From Archangium sp. (GTDB taxonomy: Bacteria > Myxococcota > Myxococcia > Myxococcales > Myxococcaceae), in contig JANLPS010000131.1 in the NCBI GenBank assembly GCA_031367385.1, forward strand, positions 1-25,880: a stretch of DNA of 25,880 nucleotides, given 5' to 3'. Shown piece by piece: positions 16,512 through 23,375 of the stretch. The notes beneath the pieces are model-generated. The model was given only the letters and a program-made list of their open reading frames with translations. It was not told the origin of the DNA and did not search any database. The position numbers were made by a program, and so were the translations under genes. Position 1 is the stretch's first letter. Each line of letters starts with the position of its first letter.

Positions 16512-17414
16512 TCACGGCCGTGCTCCCAGCCCCAGCGAAAGGCCGAGCCACCCGCCGATGAGCCCGGGGCCGGGGGCTCCCGCCACCGTGCCTTCGACGC
16601 CCAACACGGTCAGCCCGCTCTCAACGCCCAGCGAAATGAACCAGCTGCGCCAGGTGGCGATGCCCCTCAGTGCGCCACAGGGCCCGATCCACGGCGCCAA
16701 GAGCGAGGCGCCGCTGCTTCGCGCCGGGTCGAACGGAGTGCCAGTGACGAGGCCCACGCCGCCGCGCGCGCCAACCGCACCGCTCACGGTCACGGGGCCA
16801 AGTGAGGGCGCGGTGAGCGTGACCAGCAGCGCAACCGTCGCCGAGTCAACGGCCACCGTGCCCAGCGCCGTTGGCCGCAGCCCGTGGGCGCCTTCGACCT
16901 CGAGCAGGCCCCCGACCAACGGGCCAGAGACAAAGATGCGAGCGCCTCCACCGAACTGCCAGAGGTTGGTCGTGAAGACCCGCCGGGCGACCCCAAACGC
17001 CTCGAGCCGAACGGGCCCCGCCAAGCGAACCTGTTCGGCCGCCGCTGACCGCTGCTCGCTCGCCGGCGCCTCACCCAGGGGCTCAATCACCCGTGGCGTC
17101 GGCAAGGTCAGCTCGGCCCAGCTCGCTTCAACCAGCTCGGCGATCGCCAGGGCCAGGTACCGGGCCATCGTCTTGCTCGTCACCTGCTTGAGCTCGACGG
17201 TGCGCGCGAGTGACTTTCGAGTCACCGGGTCGTCGACCCGAACCAGCGCGCCGCCCTTCACGCATTCGACCGAGGCGTGAATCGGCGCCGAAGGCCCGCT
17301 GCGGCCGAGCTCGAGCCGTGTCAGCCTTCGAACCTCGGCCTCGGCAACACCCAGACACGGGTCGACTTGCACCTCGGCGGCGGCAACGGCGATGGCCAGC
17401 ACCAGGCCGATCAT
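16512..17414 (-). CDS. Secreted hypothetical protein with a beta-strand-rich (barrel-like) C-terminal half
   Basis: ATGA overlap with the anti-sigma stop; short signal peptide; N-terminal Cys pair. Alternating Gly/hydrophobic strands: WQFGGGARIFV, VTVSGAVGARGG, WFISLGVESG, GWLGLSLGLG. Confidence 0.75.
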   Translation of the reverse strand: MIGLVLAIAVAAAEVQVDPCLGVAEAEVRRLTRLELGRSGPSAPIHASVECVKGGALVRVDDPVTRKSLARTVELKQVTSKTMARYLALAIAELVEASWAELTLPTPRVIEPLGEAPASEQRSAAAEQVRLAGPVRLEAFGVARRVFTTNLWQFGGGARIFVSGPLVGGLLEVEGAHGLRPTALGTVAVDSATVALLVTLTAPSLGPVTVSGAVGARGGVGLVTGTPFDPARSSGASLLAPWIGPCGALRGIATWRSWFISLGVESGLTVLGVEGTVAGAPGPGLIGGWLGLSLGLGARP

Positions 17415-18508
17415 TCAAGCCCGCCCTGCCGTCGAACCGCCGCCTCGCGCTGCCCGTGGGGAAACTTTTGCAGGTACTGCGTCGCCGCGCGCTTGGCCAA
17501 GGCCTGTTCTCCCGCGCGCGACCATGACTCCACGGCACGCGCCAGCGCGTCTTCGGCCAACGGCCCGTCGGGCGCCAGCCGCAGGGCCGAGGTGAAGGCC
17601 TCGGCGGCCTGCCGTGGCCGCCCCAACTCATCGAGCAGCACCCGGCCCAAGGTAAACGCTGCCAGGGGTGCCCGGGGGTCGGTGGGGTGGTTCGACACGC
17701 ACAAGGTCAAGGGCGCGACCGCCTCTTCTGCATGGTGGCTCAGCCGCGCTACGTCGGCTGCCAACAACAACTCTTCGGGCACGTCGCGCGGAGCCACCTT
17801 GGGCTGCCGCAGCTTCACCCACGCCGCGTCGAACTGCCCACCATGCGCGAGCTCTTGCCACGTCGCGGTTGCCGGGCGGGCGGGGCGCGGCGGGGGCTGG
17901 GCCCGAACCGGGTGGGCCAGCGGGGCGGGCTCCGGCGCAGGCTCAGCCTCAGCCTCAGATTCTGCCCGGCTCGGAGGAGGTGAAGGCACCTCGTCACCCC
18001 CAGCGCTCCCCAGCTGGGTCGGAGGAAAAAGCCCCGACTCGCCATCGATGAGCACTCGCTCACCGGTCGGCCAGCGAACGCGCACGACTCCCTTTTCGAC
18101 CGCGACGTGCACCTGTGCGTCGATTCGCTCGACCAGAAATCGGGTGCCGACGACCGTGACCTCGACCTGACCACTGGCCACCGACCACGGGTGGGCGTGG
18201 TCGACCCGCACCTCGAAGCGAGCTCCCCCGGCGACGAGCGTCGCGCCGGTGGCCGACCTTTCGACGACGCTCGTGGCCGTGAGCAGCTCGATGTGCGCGC
18301 GTTGGGGGGTAGGCCAGGCGAGCCAAGCGCTCACGGCGAACACGGCGAGCAGGCCGCCCACCACGCCGATGCGTCGAGCCTGGGCGCGCGCCCGCTTGCG
18401 GCGGTGCATGCTGGCTTCGACGCGGCGCGCCCGTTCTTCAGACCACTGAGTGTCGACGAAGCCGCGCGACGCCTCGACCCGGTGGCTCAGCGAGTCATTT
18501 GATTTCAT
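17411..18508 (-). CDS. FecR-domain anti-sigma factor with C-terminal TPR-like domain
   Basis: Basic N-terminus and a single TM (IGVVGGLLAVFAVSAWLAW). FecR motif GARFEV...VTVVGTRFLV...VAVEKGVVRV. Pro-rich linker, then TPR-like AAFTLGR...GPLAEDALAR...YLQKFPHG. ATG 18508 overlaps the sigma-factor end. Confidence 0.88.
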   Translation of the reverse strand: MKSNDSLSHRVEASRGFVDTQWSEERARRVEASMHRRKRARAQARRIGVVGGLLAVFAVSAWLAWPTPQRAHIELLTATSVVERSATGATLVAGGARFEVRVDHAHPWSVASGQVEVTVVGTRFLVERIDAQVHVAVEKGVVRVRWPTGERVLIDGESGLFPPTQLGSAGGDEVPSPPPSRAESEAEAEPAPEPAPLAHPVRAQPPPRPARPATATWQELAHGGQFDAAWVKLRQPKVAPRDVPEELLLAADVARLSHHAEEAVAPLTLCVSNHPTDPRAPLAAFTLGRVLLDELGRPRQAAEAFTSALRLAPDGPLAEDALARAVESWSRAGEQALAKRAATQYLQKFPHGQREAAVRRQGGLE

Positions 18509-19028
18509 CGGCGAGCGCCTCTTCAAGGGAGTGATGGGCTGCCGCGATGCGGCGTTTGGCGGTGGCCAACGAGCAGGCGCACAGCCGAGCCACCGATTCG
18601 AGCGTCTCGCCTTCGACGTGGTGCAGCGACCACGCGAGCCGCTGGGGCACGCTCAGCGTATGCAACACCTGGTAGAGCTGACCCAGCAACGCGCGCTGCT
18701 CGGCGCTCGCTCCGGGGGCGGTGACGTCGTGGCCCTTGCCATCGTCGAAGCTGAAGAACGAGGCGATCTTGCGTCGCCGCAACCTTCGCCCCGCCAGTCT
18801 CACCGTCAGGGTCGCGAGCCAGCCTTTGATCGCCAGCGGCTCGAGCACCGCCCCGACGCCAGTCAGCGCCGCCAGAAAGACGTCTTGCACCAGGTCATCG
18901 ACCTCGTTCGAGCGGCCAAGCAGCCGAAAACCCAGGCCCGCGACGTACTCAGCGTGGGTCGCGAACAGGTCTCCGAGCTCGAGCGTCGGCGCTTTGACGA
19001 CCCGGAGCGAGGCGTGGGCAGAGACCAT
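18495..19028 (-). CDS. ECF-type RNA polymerase sigma-70 factor (177 aa)
   Basis: Region 2 VDDLVQDVFL...GWLATLTVR; region 4 RLAWSLHHVEGETLESVA..CSLATAKRRI. Start ATG 19028 is preferred but not certain. Confidence 0.92.
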   Translation of the reverse strand: MVSAHASLRVVKAPTLELGDLFATHAEYVAGLGFRLLGRSNEVDDLVQDVFLAALTGVGAVLEPLAIKGWLATLTVRLAGRRLRRRKIASFFSFDDGKGHDVTAPGASAEQRALLGQLYQVLHTLSVPQRLAWSLHHVEGETLESVARLCACSLATAKRRIAAAHHSLEEALADEIK

Positions 19029-19064
19029 GCGTGGGGCACAGTGGCATGAACCGCCCAAACCGGC

Positions 19065-20339
19065 TCAGGCCTCTTTTGGCTTCTTCTTCTGGTGCGTTCT
19101 CTTGTGCCGCCCCATCGGCTTGTCGGCCGGCGCCTCGACCACCCCCGCCGCCTTCGGCTTCTGCGGCCCCGGGTCGGCCTGCCGGGCCTTCTCGTCGGCC
19201 ATCGCCTTGATGAACACCGGGTCTTCACGTGGCACCGGCGCGCGCGTCAACGTCGACCGGGTCAGCTTCTCAATCGCGGCGACGATCGCCTCGTCTTCAT
19301 CGGTCACGAAGGTCGACGCGCGCCCGGTCGCCTGGGCTCGGGCGGTGCGGCCGATGCGGTGCACGTAATCTTCGGCCACGAAGGGCACGTCGTAGTTGAT
19401 CACGTGCTCGATGTTCGCGACGTCGATGCCGCGCGCGGTGATGTCGGTGGTCAGCAGCACCTGGTACCGCCCCGAGCGAAACCCATCGAGCGCGAATAGC
19501 CGCTGGGCCTGGCTGCGCTCGGCGTGCATTTGCACCACCGGGTAGCGCTCACGCTGCAACGTCTTCATCAGCTTCTCGGCGCGGCGGCGGGTGCGGCAGA
19601 ACACCAGCGTGCGGGCACCCGGTATCTCAATCAGCAACGTCAGCAGCAGCGCGTTCTTCTCGGCCTTGGGCACCTCGTAGATCACCTGCTCGGCGCCCGC
19701 GGCGGTGGTGCCGCTGACCGAGACGTCGACCCGAACCGGGTCACGAAGCGCCGTCGCCGCGAAGGCCTCGACCTCGCTGGCCATGGTGGCCGAGAACAGC
19801 ATCGTCTGCCGCTTCTTCGGCAGCCTCGCCAAGATGCGGGTCAGCTGCGGCTTGAAGCCCATGTCGAGCATGCGGTCGGCCTCATCGAGTACCAGCACTT
19901 CGATGTGCTCGAGCGACACCGAGCCCCGCTTCAAGTGATCGACCAACCGCCCCGGCGTCGCTACCAATACGTTCGCACGCGCAAGCGAGTCGATCTGCGC
20001 ATCGATGTCGACGCCGCCGATCAGCGACACCACCGTCAGCTGATGCGCGGCGGCGAAGGCTTTGGCGTGCTCGGCGAGCTGCAGGGCGAGCTCGCGCGTC
20101 GGAGCCAGCATCAACCCCAACACGCCGCTCCGACCCGAGAGCCGTTCGGTCAGCGGTACCACGAAGGCCGCCGTCTTGCCGGTGCCAGTAGCGGCGCACG
20201 CAATCACGTCGCGGCCCGCCAACGCCGGAGGTATCGCCTGCACCTGCACCGGCGTCGGCGACACGAACCCCACTTCACCAAGCGCGCGCTTGGTCGCCGC
20301 CGAGATCGCCAAGTCGCCAAAGTTGCCTGCTGAAGCCAT
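19065..20339 (-). CDS. DEAD-box RNA helicase, RhlE-like, with a short basic C-tail
   Basis: PTPVQ, AATGTGKT, PTRELALQ, TPGRL, DEAD, SAT, LVFCRT, TDITARGID, HRIGRTARA; Lys/Arg-rich tail. Confidence 0.95.
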   Translation of the reverse strand: MASAGNFGDLAISAATKRALGEVGFVSPTPVQVQAIPPALAGRDVIACAATGTGKTAAFVVPLTERLSGRSGVLGLMLAPTRELALQLAEHAKAFAAAHQLTVVSLIGGVDIDAQIDSLARANVLVATPGRLVDHLKRGSVSLEHIEVLVLDEADRMLDMGFKPQLTRILARLPKKRQTMLFSATMASEVEAFAATALRDPVRVDVSVSGTTAAGAEQVIYEVPKAEKNALLLTLLIEIPGARTLVFCRTRRRAEKLMKTLQRERYPVVQMHAERSQAQRLFALDGFRSGRYQVLLTTDITARGIDVANIEHVINYDVPFVAEDYVHRIGRTARAQATGRASTFVTDEDEAIVAAIEKLTRSTLTRAPVPREDPVFIKAMADEKARQADPGPQKPKAAGVVEAPADKPMGRHKRTHQKKKPKEA

Positions 20340-20475
20340 ACCGCCCCTTACATCGTCGGAGCGCCCGACGCCGCTGTTCTCGCCGCCGCGCGCTCATCGG
20401 AGTGTCGGGTTCGTCGCCCACGGCGCCGAGGAGGCGAGGCAGGCTGCCGGGCGACCGAGCGCACTGTGCTGCGGT

Positions 20476-22071
20476 TCACGGCCCGAGCCTGCCCAGATAC
20501 ACCCCGGCGTCGCTCGACGCCTTGAGCGCGCCGGAGCCCAGGTCGACGCCCGAGACGGTCTCGCCAGCGACGTGGGGGGCTCCGCTGCCGTCGATGCCGA
20601 GGGCCCGCACGCTGCTGCCGCGCAGCGTAGAGAGCTGACGAACTTGAAGCACGTCTGCGCGACCGGCCGCGGGAGCGCTCAGGTGAACCAGGAACAGCCC
20701 GGCCCCACCATCGGCGCTCACGGTCGCCCCGCCCAGCGTCAGCCCGCCACTGGTCTCGGCCGCGAGCCACAGCGACCCGTCGGGGGCGATTTGCAGGCCG
20801 CGAACGCGCTCGTCACCAGTGCCTCCGATGACGAGCTCCGAGCCCGGGTCAGGCCCGAGGTCGCTCGTTCTCACGCGGGTGACCAAGACATCGGTGCCTC
20901 CGGCTGCGGCGTACGTCGCCGAAGCGAGCGTGAGCGTGCCTTGAAAGGTCTGCGCGAGCCAGAGGTGGCCCGAGCGAGCTGCGAGCGCGCCCGAGCTCTC
21001 TGCCCCCGGGTCGAACCCCGGGTACCGGTTGATGCGCGAAAAGGCGCCGCTCGCCGAGACCTTGGCCAACGTCAGCGAGCTTGGGCCCGCGACCGACCCG
21101 AGCGGAGGAAAGCTGCAGGCGCGGCTCCCGAGCTCGCCGAGGAGGTAGAGCGTGCCGTCGTCGTCGAACGCGAGCGCTTCGGGCCCGTGCATCGTGTCGT
21201 CTTGGGCATTGCCGCAGTTGGTCTGCTGCGACCACAGCAGCGCGCCGTTCGATGAATACGAGAGAAAGACCCACTCACCATAGGTGCCGTTGCTCGTGGG
21301 GTTCGCATCGAGCGCCCAATTGGAGCGCATCTTCGCCGCGACCACCGCCGAGTCGTTGGTGGGGCTGACGGCGAGGGCGGTCGCCTCGAAGAGTGGCCAG
21401 ACCGTGCTCAGGCCGGCCTTGGCGTAGTGCATCCACTCCAGGCCGCCGCCATCTGCGGAGTACTTCACCAGCGCCGCGACGTCGGTCGAATTCTCGGCGC
21501 TCACCTGAGCGGTGGGTGAGAACGCCGCAGTGGCGGTCGCGGTGCCGCGGGGGAGCAACCGCACGAGCGAGAGCACGTTGCCTCGAGAATCGAATGCCAC
21601 GGCCTTGCCCTCAGCGTTGTCGGCACCCGCGACGTGGCTTGCTCTCGCGGTGCCATCGGGGCCGTAGACCGCGGTGTAGACGTCGAAGTACTGCGCGTTC
21701 CAGACCGACGTTCCGCCGAAGACGCCGTCTCCGGTGAAACCGCCGGTGATTGCCACGTCACCCCTTGGGGTCACCGCCAGCGCGGTGACGGTCTGGCGCG
21801 AGGTCGAGAAATTGCCGTTGATTCGAGACCACGGGCTGCCAGCGAAACCCGCATCGAAGGCGCCCGCATCGCGCGTACCGGCGTCGGTGGCGCCTGCGTC
21901 AACCGCTCCGGCGTCTCTGGTGCCGCCATCAGGAGCCCCCGGCCCCGAGTCGGCAGACCCGCCATGCGTTGCTCCCGCATCGAGCTTTGCATTGGCCTCG
22001 TACTCGGCCCAGGGCAGGCACGCGCTCAGGGTAAGGGCGACCACCAACACCGGCTGCGATGCGTGCCTCAA
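20476..22071 (-). CDS. Lipoprotein with xxDAG repeat linker and beta-propeller (SBBP-like) repeats (531 aa)
   Basis: TTG 22071 overlaps the upstream TGA; lipobox LSAC. Blades ALAVTPRGDVAITG, AVAFDSRGNV, ALAFDDDGTLYLLG, GLQIAPDGSLWL, ALGIDGSGAPHVAG. Confidence 0.82.
   Translation of the reverse strand: MRHASQPVLVVALTLSACLPWAEYEANAKLDAGATHGGSADSGPGAPDGGTRDAGAVDAGATDAGTRDAGAFDAGFAGSPWSRINGNFSTSRQTVTALAVTPRGDVAITGGFTGDGVFGGTSVWNAQYFDVYTAVYGPDGTARASHVAGADNAEGKAVAFDSRGNVLSLVRLLPRGTATATAAFSPTAQVSAENSTDVAALVKYSADGGGLEWMHYAKAGLSTVWPLFEATALAVSPTNDSAVVAAKMRSNWALDANPTSNGTYGEWVFLSYSSNGALLWSQQTNCGNAQDDTMHGPEALAFDDDGTLYLLGELGSRACSFPPLGSVAGPSSLTLAKVSASGAFSRINRYPGFDPGAESSGALAARSGHLWLAQTFQGTLTLASATYAAAGGTDVLVTRVRTSDLGPDPGSELVIGGTGDERVRGLQIAPDGSLWLAAETSGGLTLGGATVSADGGAGLFLVHLSAPAAGRADVLQVRQLSTLRGSSVRALGIDGSGAPHVAGETVSGVDLGSGALKASSDAGVYLGRLGP
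21848..21930 (-). repeat. 15-nt period coding repeat (xxD[AG]G, six copies)
   Basis: Units at 21848, 21863, 21878, 21893, 21908 and 21923 encode PDGG-TRDAG-AVDAG-ATDAG-TRDAG-AFDAG. Confidence 0.85.
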
Positions 22072-23111
22072 AACGCACCCGTCACGCTGGCGAAGGCGCC
22101 GGAGCGAGTCGGTGCGATCGAGACGGTGACGGGGCTCGCAGGGGTCAGCGCGAACCACACGACGCTCGCGGCGATCGCGGCGCCGCCGGTCACCATCAGC
22201 GCGAGGCCGACCTTCTCGAAGGTTTCTCCGCGGGTGCGAGTCGCCGAGACGTCGGCGGCCGAGGCGAAGGTCTGCGTCTGGAGCTCGGTGGCAGGCCCGT
22301 TTCGCTGCACGAAGACCACGGCGCCGCCGATGGCCGCCAGGCCTCCGACGATCGCGGGCACCCAGGGCACGATGCGCGAGGGCTGCGCCGGGGCGAGCGC
22401 GACCTCGGGGCCAGCCGTCTCGGTGCTCCCGGCGTTGGCCCGCTCGGTGGTGGACACGTTGGTGTCGCCGGTGCTGCCGGCGTTGGCGGGTCCGCCGCGG
22501 TCCGTGCTCCCGCGTTCGGTGCGCTCGGCGTTGGCGGGTCCGGTGCGGCCAGTGGTGCCGGCGTTGGCGGTGCTGCCGCGATCAATGTTGCCGGGGTTGG
22601 CGCGTCCGGAGCCGGCGCGCTCGGTTTCTCCCGTGCCGCCGGGCTCGGTGATGCCCGCATTGGCTCGCAGCTGACGGGCCAGCTTGGTCGCCGCTGCGTC
22701 GAGCCAGTCTTGCAGCGCGTCGACGGTCGGCGCCCGGCCCGACATGCTGGCGATCGATTGCGCATTCGTTGCGGAGGTGACGCGCAGGCTGACGGTGTAG
22801 CCCGAGCCTGCCCGCACGACGCTCGCGAAGAGAATCGCATCGACGCCGAGGGCCCCTGCAAGCTCGGCGGTGCAGCTCGTGGCGCTGCAGCCCAGGAGCT
22901 GCTTCTGGCGCTCGAGCCCCAAAAACGCGGCGACGTCTTTTGACGAGGTGACCTTGATGCCTGCACTCGAGAGCAGGTCGAGAAAGCGACTCTCGAGGGT
23001 GCTGGCCAGGGCCGCGTCGAGGCCTGACGAAGCCCAGTCGGTCGAGGCGACGGTGGGCTGAGTGGGTGCTGCCGAGAGCAGGGTCAACAGCGCGAGGGCA
23101 TGAGTGAACAC
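22068..23111 (-). CDS. Myxobacterial envelope protein: TolB-N/CsgG-like N-domain, repeat linker, hydrophobic hairpin and C-terminal beta-hairpin ending in Phe
   Basis: GTG 23111 followed by a signal peptide; LGLERQKQLLGC..SCTAELAGALGVDAILFASV..G..YTVSLRV. Two Gly-rich hydrophobic segments; ends VSIAPTRSGAFASVTGAF. Confidence 0.78.
   Translation of the reverse strand: MFTHALALLTLLSAAPTQPTVASTDWASSGLDAALASTLESRFLDLLSSAGIKVTSSKDVAAFLGLERQKQLLGCSATSCTAELAGALGVDAILFASVVRAGSGYTVSLRVTSATNAQSIASMSGRAPTVDALQDWLDAAATKLARQLRANAGITEPGGTGETERAGSGRANPGNIDRGSTANAGTTGRTGPANAERTERGSTDRGGPANAGSTGDTNVSTTERANAGSTETAGPEVALAPAQPSRIVPWVPAIVGGLAAIGGAVVFVQRNGPATELQTQTFASAADVSATRTRGETFEKVGLALMVTGGAAIAASVVWFALTPASPVTVSIAPTRSGAFASVTGAF
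22420..22665 (-). repeat. Degenerate coding repeats (ANAG[ST]T / TER) in the linker
   Basis: About six copies of a (C)GGCGTTGGC-like motif on the + strand, near 22430, 22478, 22527, 22559, 22592 and 22655. Confidence 0.7.
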
Positions 23112-23375
23112 TGGAGGCAAACCTATGCCCACCCCGCCGTGCCTCCGAACGGAATCACCTCAACAGGCCAGCGAAGGCGCGGCACACATCGGCGCTCTGT
23201 GTGCGACGCCCGAAGAGACGACATCGCACATGCGGCGCTGGGGCTTCGCGTCTCGCGCTGCATGTAACGGCAGTTCACCTTCACCCAGAGCAGCGGCCGT
23301 GGCCCACAAATCGCACAGCCTGCCACCACACGCGTCGACACCCTTTGTCGCGCTCACTTCGCCTCTGGAGCTTTC

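Noticed and set aside
23115..23160. c-di-GMP-I (GEMM) riboswitch suggested by GGCAAACC
   Set aside because: The GNRA-capped stem and the GACGCAAA continuation are missing, and the site overlaps the probable promoter of the divergent gene.
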